From the NCBI GenBank assembly GCA_041611735.1, contig JBFIML010000006.1, forward strand, positions 32,001-96,000: a stretch of DNA of 64,000 bases, in the 5' to 3' direction. The translations under genes were made by a program, and so were the position numbers. This document shows positions 55,545-64,000 of the stretch, in pieces (the first letter of the stretch is position 1; each line of letters starts with the position of its first letter). The DNA comes from Myxococcota bacterium. Its GTDB lineage: Bacteria > Myxococcota_A > UBA9160 > PR03. A model generated the notes under the pieces. It was not told where the DNA came from, ran no database searches, and saw only the letters and a program-made list of their open reading frames with translations.

Positions 55545-56759
55545 ATGGCGCTCGACGTCCTCGATCCCGAGCTCTATCGGGGCGATCCCCACCCGGACTA
55601 CGCCTGGCTGCGCAAGAACGATCCGATCCACTGGGACGCGCGTCGCGAGCTCTGGATCCTGACCCGCTACGAGCACGTGGTGCACGTCTCGAAGCACCCG
55701 CGCCTGTTCTGCTCCGGGCGTGGGGTGCGGCCCGGCAATCCCACGCCGCTCTCGATCGTGACCATGGACGAGCCACGCCACACCCAGCTGCGGCGCCTCG
55801 TGAACCGCGGCTTCACCCCTCGCATGGTCGGGCTCCTGCAGCCCCGCATCGAGGCCATCGTCGCCGAGAGCCTGGCCCGGGTGCTGTCGCGCGGGCAGTG
55901 CGACTTCGTGGCCGACGTGGCGGTGGTGCTCCCGCTGCTGGTGATCGCCGAGATGCTCGGCATCCGCAGCGAGGATCGCGAGCGCTTCTGGCACTGGTCC
56001 GACCACATGATCGCGGCCGACGGCCACTACGACGATCCCGAGGTGATGGCCCGCGCCAGCCGGGCCTATGGGGAATACGCCGCCTACCTGAAGGACGTGT
56101 TCGCGGACCGGCGACGACGGCCGCAAGAGGACCTGGTGAGCGTGCTCGTGAATGCGAGTGACGACGGGCTTCTCTCCACCAACGAGGACACGCTGACCGA
56201 CGACGAGCTCGTGATGTTCATGACGCTGCTCCTCGTGGCGGGCAACGAGACCACCCGCAACGCCATCAGCGGCGGGATGATCGCCCTGCTCGAGGATCCC
56301 GAGGAGCGCGCCAAGCTGTGCGCGCGGCCGGAGCTGCTGGCGAGCGCGGTGGAAGAGATCCTGCGCTGGACCTCTCCCGTGATCAACTTCATGCGGACCG
56401 CCACCCAGGACACGAGCCTGGGCGAGAAGCCCATCCGGGCCGGCCAGCGCGTGATGCTCTTCTACGCCTCGGCCAACCGCGACGAGGTGGTCTTCCCGGA
56501 GGCGGACCGCTTCCGGGTGGACCGGCAGCCGAACCCCCACGTGGCCTTCGGGATCGGCAACCACTTCTGCCTCGGAGCAAACCTGGCGCGCCTCGAGATC
56601 CGCAAGATGTTCGAGGCGCTGATCCCGCATCTCGAGGACGTGCGCCTCGCCCCCGGTGGGCAGCCGGTCTACGCGCCATCGTCCTTCGTGCGGGGCGTGG
56701 AGAGCCTGCCCATCGTGTTCGCGTCCGGCGCCGCGCGCGCTCAGGGCTCCGTGCCGTAG
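55545..56759 (+). CDS. Cytochrome P450, CYP142/CYP125-like (sterol side-chain oxidase type)
   Basis: AGNETTR, EEILRW, FGIGNHFCLGANLAR heme motif; overall resemblance to CYP142 by eye. Confidence 0.9.
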   Translation: MALDVLDPELYRGDPHPDYAWLRKNDPIHWDARRELWILTRYEHVVHVSKHPRLFCSGRGVRPGNPTPLSIVTMDEPRHTQLRRLVNRGFTPRMVGLLQPRIEAIVAESLARVLSRGQCDFVADVAVVLPLLVIAEMLGIRSEDRERFWHWSDHMIAADGHYDDPEVMARASRAYGEYAAYLKDVFADRRRRPQEDLVSVLVNASDDGLLSTNEDTLTDDELVMFMTLLLVAGNETTRNAISGGMIALLEDPEERAKLCARPELLASAVEEILRWTSPVINFMRTATQDTSLGEKPIRAGQRVMLFYASANRDEVVFPEADRFRVDRQPNPHVAFGIGNHFCLGANLARLEIRKMFEALIPHLEDVRLAPGGQPVYAPSSFVRGVESLPIVFASGAARAQGSVP

Positions 56760-57346
56760 TCCGAGGCGATGCGCCGGACCAGCTCCTGGATGCGTGCGCG
56801 GCGGGCCGCGTCCGCTTCCTTGCGCTCCAGGGACGCCACGATTCGTCCCAGGCGGCCGGCGGTGCTTGCGCTCTCGAGCTTCTCCCCGCTGGCCGCGTCC
56901 TCGAAGAAGTCCAGGATCGCGTCGCGCAGGGCAGCGTCCTGCACCTCGCCGTAGGCCCGCCACGGCACCGCCAACAGCTTCGCGGCGCGGAAGGAGTTGG
57001 TCAGGTAGTGGCGACCGCCCCGCATCACCTGGGCGCGGTAGTTGAGCTCGAAGTAGGCGATCGCCAGCGCGTTCAGGGCGTCGTAGTTGCGCCGGTCCAC
57101 GGGGTGCCGCTCCAGGTCGTCGCGCAGGGAGCGCAGGTCCAGGTCCTGGGTCTTCTCGGGATCCAGCACCACGGCGAAGAACGCCTGGTGGCGGGGCCGC
57201 ACGTCGTCCAGGACGCGGTCGCGGCCGGAGACGTCCCAGTGGCTGCCGCTCCCTCCCAGGCGGTAGCGCATGGGTTCCGGAGCGGTGGCGCAGGCCCCGC
57301 CGCTCGCGAGCGCGGCCGCGAGCAGGGGAGCGACGAGCCGGCGCAT
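56741..57346 (-). CDS. Hypothetical lipoprotein
   Basis: GGAGG RBS; signal peptide ending GGAC; helical mature region. Confidence 0.65.
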   Translation of the reverse strand: MRRLVAPLLAAALASGGACATAPEPMRYRLGGSGSHWDVSGRDRVLDDVRPRHQAFFAVVLDPEKTQDLDLRSLRDDLERHPVDRRNYDALNALAIAYFELNYRAQVMRGGRHYLTNSFRAAKLLAVPWRAYGEVQDAALRDAILDFFEDAASGEKLESASTAGRLGRIVASLERKEADAARRARIQELVRRIASDYGTEP

Positions 57347-57372
57347 GCGGTCCTCCTGCCTCCCTGCCAGGT

Positions 57373-58677
57373 CTACGTTCCGTCCGGGCGGTCGGTTGCG
57401 GAGGTGTCCCCGCGCCGGCTGCGCGGGGCGACCGGCGCCCTCGTCCCGCCGTCGTCGCGCTGCCAGACCTCGAGGAGCGCGCGCAGCCGCGCGGGCTCGT
57501 TGCAGGACGGATCCCGGATCACGCACTCCGTGAGCCAGTCGAGGGCGCGTCCCACGAGCGGTCCGGGCCGGCAGCCCAGGATCGCCATCACCGCCCGGCC
57601 GTCGAGAGCCAGGTCGTGACGGCGCAGGGCGAGCGCGCCCGCCTGGCGGATCCGTACCACGGCCTGCCGCAGGGCGGCGACCCGCGCCGCCGTCGCCCGG
57701 GCTTCCGTCTGCGGGAGCGATGCCGCCTTCACCTCGGCCTCGCGCAGGGCCAGCAGCGCCGCCAGGTCCTCCTCGCCCGTGCGCCGCAGCAGGCGCCGCA
57801 CCGCCACGGGGTTGGCGGGGTCGACGCCCCGCTCCACGGGGTGGAGCGCGACGAGCCGCGCCACCCGCCGCAGGGTGCGGCGCGGGAAGCGCAGGCGTCC
57901 GAGAATCGCCTCCACGCGGCGCCCCCGGAGCCAGCCGGCCAGGCGCAGGCCCAGGTCGGGCGGCAGGGCCGTCACCACGGCCGCCGCGTCGGGCTCTGCC
58001 TCCGCGCCCAGGATCGCAGCCTCGAGCCCCGTCCTTCGCAGCAGTGCGAGGCCCGCCGCCGGATCCGGCGCCAGGAGCAGCGCCTCGAGCTCGCGCCGGA
58101 TGCGCTCCCGGGACACGCCGGCCAGTGCGGGTGCGCAGTCCGCCAGGGCACGCTCCAGGGCCGGCTCCGCCCGCGCGCCGAGGACGGCCACCAGGCGGGC
58201 AGCGCGCACGGCGCGCAGGGGATCCTCGCCGAGGCGCTCCCGCGCAGCGCCCACGGCGCGCAGCCGCCCCTCGCGCAGGTCCGCGACGCCCTGGTGCGGA
58301 TCGATCACGCGCTCGGAGACCGGGTCCCACGCCAGGGCGTTCACGGTGTAGTCCCGGTGGGCCAGGTCGTCGTGCAGGCTCGGCCCGGCCCGGAAGCTAG
58401 TGACGTCCACGGGGCCGCTGGCGGTGGGCACCATCACGGTGCCGTGGTGCAGGCCGATCGGCACGGAGCGCGGGAACACGGCGAGCACCGCCTCGGGCAC
58501 CGCCGAAGTGGCCACGTCGAAGTCCTCCACCGGCACGCCGCGCAGCAGGTCGCGCACGCACCCCCCCACCAGGAACGCATCGTGGCCGTTCGTCCGGAGC
58601 CGGGCGAGCAGCTCCCGCACCGGGGCGGGAATCGCCGCCGACGCCAGCGAGCGGTCGCTGGTCCGTGAAACCGTCAC
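57373..58677 (-). CDS. cca: Class II tRNA nucleotidyltransferase (probable CC-adding type)
   Basis: LVGGCVRDLL, DFDVAT, RDYTVNALA, EDPLR, SRERIRREL. Confidence 0.88.
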   Translation of the reverse strand: MTVSRTSDRSLASAAIPAPVRELLARLRTNGHDAFLVGGCVRDLLRGVPVEDFDVATSAVPEAVLAVFPRSVPIGLHHGTVMVPTASGPVDVTSFRAGPSLHDDLAHRDYTVNALAWDPVSERVIDPHQGVADLREGRLRAVGAARERLGEDPLRAVRAARLVAVLGARAEPALERALADCAPALAGVSRERIRRELEALLLAPDPAAGLALLRRTGLEAAILGAEAEPDAAAVVTALPPDLGLRLAGWLRGRRVEAILGRLRFPRRTLRRVARLVALHPVERGVDPANPVAVRRLLRRTGEEDLAALLALREAEVKAASLPQTEARATAARVAALRQAVVRIRQAGALALRRHDLALDGRAVMAILGCRPGPLVGRALDWLTECVIRDPSCNEPARLRALLEVWQRDDGGTRAPVAPRSRRGDTSATDRPDGT

Positions 58678-58753
58678 CGACGCCAGTCTACCCGCTGCGT
58701 CGGGCTCGTCGGCGACGGCTTCCTCGGTGGCCGCCCTGGGCTAGCCTGGCCGC

Positions 58754-59290
58754 GTGGCTCCCCGCATCGGGCGCTTCGGTCTCCTCGCGGTGGCAGCGCT
58801 GGCGAGTGGCGCGGGCCCGTCGGACCCGGGCGTCGTGCTCCAGGTGGATCGGAACGAGTTCGCGCTCCAGGCGCGCGACCTGCGCGGCCCGGAAATCGGT
58901 CCGCGCCTCGTCGTCGCCCTGGGCTCGCCGGCGAACCCCACCCCGCGTGGCGTCTTCCGTCTCGACCGGGTGGTCCGCAATCCGGCCTGGTTCCCCGGGA
59001 ACCAGGCCCGGGAGGCCGGGGCCCGTCCCCTGCCGGCGTCGCCCCACGGGCCCCTCGGTGTGGCCAAGATCCCCTTCGCGGAGGGCGGCGCCCTGGCGCT
59101 GCACGGCGGCGCACATCCCCTGGTGCTCGGCAAGCCCGTGTCGCTGGGATGCGTTCGTTCCGCGGACGACGCCCTGCTGGGTCTGATCGCCTGGCTCGAC
59201 ACCCGGGACGCCCTGGCCGAGGTGGGGCCCTCGCAGCAGGGGGAGTTCGAGCGTCGCTTCCGACGCCCGGTCCGGCTCGTCGTGCGCTGA
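58754..59290 (+). CDS. L,D-transpeptidase (YkuD family)
   Basis: VALGSPANPTPRG, NPAW, GPLG, LHGG...VSLGCVR; signal peptide. Confidence 0.85.
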   Translation: MAPRIGRFGLLAVAALASGAGPSDPGVVLQVDRNEFALQARDLRGPEIGPRLVVALGSPANPTPRGVFRLDRVVRNPAWFPGNQAREAGARPLPASPHGPLGVAKIPFAEGGALALHGGAHPLVLGKPVSLGCVRSADDALLGLIAWLDTRDALAEVGPSQQGEFERRFRRPVRLVVR

Positions 59291-59436
59291 GCCGGCCAGC
59301 CGCTTCGCCCCGGCTTCTGGCTGCCACCTGCGCCCGCTCCGCGCCACTTCCTGGCTGAGAACCCTCACGAGGGCGCAGGCCCGGGGGGTAAGTGCGTCCA
59401 CGGCAGCGCTGTGCGGCGGCCCGGGGAGAGGCGGAC

Positions 59437-60195
59437 ATGCACCCGATTCGGACTTCCGGCGCCTCGGTCCGGGTGCTGGGCATCGGCGTCCTCGCGCTGG
59501 CGTGGCTCGTCGCGCCCGCCGCCCAGGCCGTCCCGCTCTACTTGACGGGGGGCAACACGGGCTTCGACCCGGCGGCGGTGGCCGCCGCAGGTCTCGCGCC
59601 GTTCTTCGTGGCCGATCCGAGCGACGTCTTCCTCAGCGCGGGGGCTCCCACCACCGGCTTCAGCCCGCAGCTCTCCGTGGTGGAGACCGCGCGCAGGACG
59701 CGGAGCAATCCCCAGGCCACGGCAGGCACCCCCTCGCTCCTCGATCCTGCCCGGGTGGACGTGACCCTCCGCATCACCAACGAGACGGCGGATGCGCTGG
59801 TGACGCCGGTCCTGCTCTTCCTCGGGGGCAACCCGAACGCGACCCTCGGCGACCCCGCGGTGACCGCCATGGGGCTCGAAGCGGATCTGCTCGACGAGAT
59901 CCTGCGCTTCCGGTCCGCGCCGGACGCCGACCCCCTCCTGTACGGCGTCCTGGCCCTCCCCAGCCTGGCGCCCGGGGATTCCGTGCATCGTGTGATCCGC
60001 TACGTGGTGTCGGACACCATGCGCCTGATCCAGGACCCGACCCGATGCGCTCCCGACCCCTCCCCCTGCGTCGTGGTGCCGCCCTACGTCCTCACCGGGA
60101 TCGACAATCCCACGGTCATCCCGGAGCCGGCGGCCGTCGTGCTCCTGGCGGCTGGCCTGCTGGGGCTCTTCGGGGCACGCCGGCGGTGCGGCTGA
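59437..60195 (+). CDS. PEP-CTERM sorting-domain surface protein
   Basis: Signal peptide (AAQA); C-terminal IPEPAAVVLLAAGLLGLFGARRR. Confidence 0.9.
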   Translation: MHPIRTSGASVRVLGIGVLALAWLVAPAAQAVPLYLTGGNTGFDPAAVAAAGLAPFFVADPSDVFLSAGAPTTGFSPQLSVVETARRTRSNPQATAGTPSLLDPARVDVTLRITNETADALVTPVLLFLGGNPNATLGDPAVTAMGLEADLLDEILRFRSAPDADPLLYGVLALPSLAPGDSVHRVIRYVVSDTMRLIQDPTRCAPDPSPCVVVPPYVLTGIDNPTVIPEPAAVVLLAAGLLGLFGARRRCG

Positions 60196-61826
60196 CGCGC
60201 CGCCCGGGAGGCACCTGGGCGGTCGCCCTGGGCCTCCTGCTCGCTGCGGTGCCGACGGCTCGCGGCGCCGAGGAGGAGACGGTGCTGCGTCTGCGGGGCG
60301 AGCGGCTCGCCGCGCAGGGGCACTGCCAGGAGGCGATTCCGCTCCTCGAGAAGGTCCTGGCGGCCCGCCCTTCCGATGCCCGGGCCGCCTTCGTGGCCGG
60401 CCAGTGCCGCGTCCGTCAGCAGCGCTACACCGAGGCCGCCCAGCTCTTCGAGCGAGCCCGCCAGGCGGATCCCAGCCTCGCCGAAGCCGAGCTCTACCTG
60501 GGCATCGCGCGCTTCCACCAGGGCGACCTGGCGGCGGCGGAACAGGCCCTCGACGCGGCCGCTCCCCGCCTCCCCGATCGGGCCGAGCTGCACCTCTACC
60601 GGGGTCTGGTCCTGCTGCAGCGCGCCCAGTCGCGCGAGGCGGCGACGGCCTTGGAGCGCGCGCGGACCGGCGACCCGGACCTCGACCCGATCGCCTCCTA
60701 CTACGCCGGATTGGCCTGGGCGGACGCGGAGGAGAGGAAGCAGGCCGAGGAGGCGCTGCGGCGGGCCCGCCAGCACGCACCGGGCACCGAGTGGGCGACC
60801 GAGGCCGACCGGGCCCTGGAGCGGCTGGCGGCGGGGGCGACCCCGCCCTGGTGGCTGCGGGCCACGCTGGGTGGCGAGTACGACGACAACGTGGTGCTGC
60901 GCGCCCAGGGAGTGACGCTGCCCGACGAGATCGGGCGCGCCCACGACGTGCGCGCGGTCTGGGAGCTGGAGGCGGGCCGCCAGCTCTGGCGCGGCCGCGA
61001 CTGGGGCCTCGGCGCGCGCCTCGCCTATCGCGGGTCCGCCCACCAGGACCTGGAGGATTTCAACGACCACTACCCGGTCGGCTCCCTGTGGCTCGACCGG
61101 CGCCTGTCGGAGCGGGCCCTGGCCCGGCTCCAGTACGACCTCGGCTACGCCTGGTATCAGGGCGATCCCTTCCTGGTCTCCCACGTCCTGACCCCGGCGG
61201 TCTTCCGCTACTGGGGAGCGGCGGGGCGCACGGAGCTCTTCGCCCGGCTGCGGCGCTACAACTTCCTGTTCGGCAACGACGACGTGGTCGACGCGGGGGC
61301 GGGCGGCGCCTGCCCCCCCGGCTTCCTGACCTGCGGTCCGCCGGGTCTCGACGAGGATTCGGCGCGCAATCGCGACGGGCAGGGCGTCTCGGCGGGTGTC
61401 GAGCACGTGCTTCCCCTGGCCCTGGCCGAGGCCCGCCTGCGCGGTGGCTACACGTACCATCGCTACAGCGCGCGGGGGAGCGAGTACTCGTTCCAGGGTC
61501 ACGAGGTGCACGCGGGGGCCCAGGCGAGCCTGCCCGCGGCCTTCGTGCTCGACGCGCTGGTGAGCTACACCTACCGGCCGTACCGCAACCGCTCCACCTT
61601 CCCCGACCCGGCAGACGTCCGCTTCGACGGAAACCCGTATCCTCTCCAGAACGAGCGCCGCAGCGACGACGCCTGGCGCTTCGAGGTGGGGCTCGGGCGG
61701 GCCGTGACGGAATCGCTCAGCGCGGCGGTGCGCTACGGCTACTACAAGCAGCACTCGAACGCCGCGGTCTTCGACTACGATCGCGAGATCCTGGGCTTCT
61801 ACCTGACCCTGGCCCTGCAGCCCTAG
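60186..61826 (+). CDS. TPR-repeat + C-terminal outer-membrane beta-barrel protein (Slam/DUF560-like architecture)
   Basis: Signal peptide, several TPRs, barrel starting GGEYDDNV with alternating aromatic strands, ends SNAAVFDYDREILGFYLTLAL. Confidence 0.78.
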   Translation: MRLTRRPGGTWAVALGLLLAAVPTARGAEEETVLRLRGERLAAQGHCQEAIPLLEKVLAARPSDARAAFVAGQCRVRQQRYTEAAQLFERARQADPSLAEAELYLGIARFHQGDLAAAEQALDAAAPRLPDRAELHLYRGLVLLQRAQSREAATALERARTGDPDLDPIASYYAGLAWADAEERKQAEEALRRARQHAPGTEWATEADRALERLAAGATPPWWLRATLGGEYDDNVVLRAQGVTLPDEIGRAHDVRAVWELEAGRQLWRGRDWGLGARLAYRGSAHQDLEDFNDHYPVGSLWLDRRLSERALARLQYDLGYAWYQGDPFLVSHVLTPAVFRYWGAAGRTELFARLRRYNFLFGNDDVVDAGAGGACPPGFLTCGPPGLDEDSARNRDGQGVSAGVEHVLPLALAEARLRGGYTYHRYSARGSEYSFQGHEVHAGAQASLPAAFVLDALVSYTYRPYRNRSTFPDPADVRFDGNPYPLQNERRSDDAWRFEVGLGRAVTESLSAAVRYGYYKQHSNAAVFDYDREILGFYLTLALQP

Positions 61827-61846
61827 GCACCCGGAGGAGCACGGCC

Positions 61847-62692
61847 ATGCTGCGGACGATCGGACGACGGAGCGTCCAGGCGGGGGCGTGGCTGCTCGGC
61901 GCGTACCTGCTGGCGCTGGCAGGACCCGCCGCCGCCGGCGACCTGCCCGTGGGCGAGGTGACCGCAGTGACCGGAACCGCCACCGCCGAACGGCCCGGCC
62001 AGCCCCCCCGCCCGCTGCGCTGCGGAGACCCGCTGTTCGCGGGCGAACGCGTCGTGACGGCGCCGGAGGGAAGCGTCGGATTCCTGGCGGGGGAGCACTA
62101 TGCCCAGCTCCACGAGGGCTCGGCGCTGCGCCTCGAGCTCACCCGCGACGGGCAGCCCGATTTCGAGCTCGAAGCGGGGCGCGTGCGGATGATCGACCCG
62201 CGCGCGGACGGAGCAGCGGCGGCGCTGGCGGCGACAGGCGCCCGCGCGCGGCTGGTCGGCACCGACACCGAAGCCTACGTGCTCCCCGAGAAGGTGGCAC
62301 GCTACGCCATGTTCTGCGAGTACGACGCGCCGCTCGAGGTGGCCCGGGGCGAGGAGCAGAAGGGCGTGGGTCCGGGCGAGTGCGTGATTGCCAAGCCCCG
62401 GGAGCCTCTCTACGCCGCCCGGGCCCACGAGGAGCGCATTCCCCTCACCGGCCTCGACGCCTGCGAGGCGCCGCAGGTGGCGCTCGGGCCGGTGGTCTCG
62501 CGCTTCACGGCGCGTGACGTGGCGGCGCCGCCGATTCCGAGCACGCCGTTTCCGGGCCCGCTCGCGGCGGCCGGGATCCTCCGCGACGCGTGCGACGACC
62601 CGGGCTCCGGATGCGCCGGCGGCGCGGGCCTCGGTCTCACCACGTCGCCTCCGGAGCCGGGCTTGCCGCCGGGTGTGGGCGCCCCGCGCTGA
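61847..62692 (+). CDS. Exported FecR-like domain protein with Pro/Cys-rich tail
   Basis: GGAGG RBS; signal peptide; VGEVTAVTGTA..LRCGDPLFAGERVVT, LELEAGRVR-like strand, VGTD. Confidence 0.72.
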   Translation: MLRTIGRRSVQAGAWLLGAYLLALAGPAAAGDLPVGEVTAVTGTATAERPGQPPRPLRCGDPLFAGERVVTAPEGSVGFLAGEHYAQLHEGSALRLELTRDGQPDFELEAGRVRMIDPRADGAAAALAATGARARLVGTDTEAYVLPEKVARYAMFCEYDAPLEVARGEEQKGVGPGECVIAKPREPLYAARAHEERIPLTGLDACEAPQVALGPVVSRFTARDVAAPPIPSTPFPGPLAAAGILRDACDDPGSGCAGGAGLGLTTSPPEPGLPPGVGAPR

Positions 62693-62776
62693 CGTCGGCG
62701 CCCGCGTTGCCCGCGGGCGGTCGCATGGCGCGCCTGGGTTATGCTTGCCGCCTCGACCCGGCACGAGGAGGAAGGC

Positions 62777-63469
62777 ATGGCTGCCAAGCGGGCGGGGCGC
62801 GACATCGATTTCCCGAGCGACGGCGAGCGGGCGCGCGGCTACCTGGCGCTGCCCGCCTCCGGACACGGAACCGGCATGATCGTGATCCAGGAGTGGTGGG
62901 GGCTCGTGGACCACATCCGGGACGTCTGCGACCGCTTCGCCCGGGAAGGCTTCGTGGCTCTGGCACCCGACCTCTACCGTGGCGAGTCCACCACGAGCCC
63001 CGACGAGGCCGGGCGCCTCATGATGGGACTCGAGATTCCGCGCGCCGCCCGGGATCTGGATGGCGCCGTGCAGGCGCTGCTCGGTCACGAGGCCGTGGAG
63101 GGGGGCCGGGTCGGTGCCATCGGCTTCTGCATGGGCGGCCAGCTGGCCCTCTACGCCGCCACCCGCAATGCGAAGATCGGGGCCGTGGCGGACTTCTACG
63201 GCGTGCATCCCAACGTGACGCTCGACTACTCCGGCCTCGAGGCTGCAGTGCTCGGCATCTTCGCCGCGGACGACGAGTTCGTGACGCCCGAGGCCGCCCG
63301 CAAGCTCCAGGCGGACCTGAAGGCCGCCCGCAAGCGCGTGCAGATGGAGATCTATCCCAACGTGGGGCACGCCTTCTTCAACGACACGCGGCCCGACGCC
63401 TTCGACGCCGACGCGGCGGCGCGCGCCTGGGCCGAGACCCTGGCCTTCTTCCGCGCGGAGCTGCGTTGA
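62777..63469 (+). CDS. Dienelactone hydrolase family protein
   Basis: IQEWWGL, ALAPDLY, GFCMGG, GHAFFND. Confidence 0.95.
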   Translation: MAAKRAGRDIDFPSDGERARGYLALPASGHGTGMIVIQEWWGLVDHIRDVCDRFAREGFVALAPDLYRGESTTSPDEAGRLMMGLEIPRAARDLDGAVQALLGHEAVEGGRVGAIGFCMGGQLALYAATRNAKIGAVADFYGVHPNVTLDYSGLEAAVLGIFAADDEFVTPEAARKLQADLKAARKRVQMEIYPNVGHAFFNDTRPDAFDADAAARAWAETLAFFRAELR

Positions 63470-64000
63470 GCCAGGGCGCCCTGGTCCCGGTCGGCCGCCC
63501 GCGCGGCGGCCGGGGCGGCTTGCGGCAGCGCCTGCTGCCCGGGCCGCTGCGGGATCTCGAGGACGAACTCGAGCGCCGGCTGGCCTCCCTGCCCACCCGG
63601 GTGAACGAGTACGGCTACGACGCCTTTGGCTTCGATCCCGAGTACGCGCGGCCCTGGCTGCTGCCCGCCGCATTCCTATACCGCTATTGGTTCCGGGTCG
63701 AGACGCGCGGCCTCGAGCACCTGCCCGAGGGTCGCGTCCTCGTGGTGGGCAACCACGCGGGCAACACCTTTGCCTACGACGCCGCCATGCTCGGCATGGC
63801 GACGCTGCTCGAGGCCCACCCGCCCCGGGTGCTGCGCGGCATGGCCGAGTACTACCTGCCGACGCTTCCCTTCTTCAACGTGTTCATGCAGCGCATGGGA
63901 TCGGTGGTGGGGACCCCCGAGAACTGTGCCCAGCTCCTGGAGCAGGGCGAGGCCATCATGGTGTTCCCGGAAGGGCAGCGCGGCTTCGTGAAGCCCTTCA
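63466..64000 (+). CDS. Lysophospholipid/glycerolipid acyltransferase family protein, 3'-partial
   Basis: TTGA overlap with upstream stop; NEYGYDAFG, VVGNHAG..YD, MVFPEG; runs off window end. Confidence 0.85.
   Translation, partial: MSQGALVPVGRPRGGRGGLRQRLLPGPLRDLEDELERRLASLPTRVNEYGYDAFGFDPEYARPWLLPAAFLYRYWFRVETRGLEHLPEGRVLVVGNHAGNTFAYDAAMLGMATLLEAHPPRVLRGMAEYYLPTLPFFNVFMQRMGSVVGTPENCAQLLEQGEAIMVFPEGQRGFVKPF

Noticed and set aside
1-64000. CRISPR arrays, tRNA/rRNA genes, integrases, transposases, prophage or defence genes
   Set aside because: None recognised; the thermonuclease and MoxR module are ordinary chromosomal types

Overview
Very GC-rich (about 70% or more by eye), gene-dense chromosomal window from a diderm bacterium. 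TamAB, lipoproteins, PEP-CTERM proteins and a beta-barrel protein suggest a Myxococcota/deltaproteobacterial-type organism (inference). About 60 CDSs are supported; I see no rRNA, tRNA, CRISPR array, integrase or transposase. Housekeeping and envelope genes include typA, an SlyD-like PPIase, pcm, a rimK module, tamAB, MoxR-DUF58-transglutaminase, dusB, a tRNA nucleotidyltransferase and an L,D-transpeptidase. The main find is a ~11.5 kb light-stress locus (43972-55418). A B12-photoreceptor CarH/LitR regulator is divergent from photolyase-ybgA(RudS-like). The operator-like motif between them (TGTC-N13-GACA, core AAATAATCTAGACA) recurs 6.7 kb away in an isolated AT-rich island. That island drives an RpoD/RpoS-type (non-ECF) sigma factor and a divergent DUF393-dusB-nuclease operon, suggesting a light -> CarH -> sigma-70 cascade with tRNA remodelling. 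Other notable signals: a perfect KstR-type box upstream of a CYP142/125-like P450, a loop-deleted (CC-adding-type) nucleotidyltransferase, a RimK-RCK_C fusion, a PEP-CTERM/TPR-barrel/FecR operon, and two gene relics flanking the MoxR operon. All family calls come from motif recognition by eye, not database searches; several start codons are best estimates.
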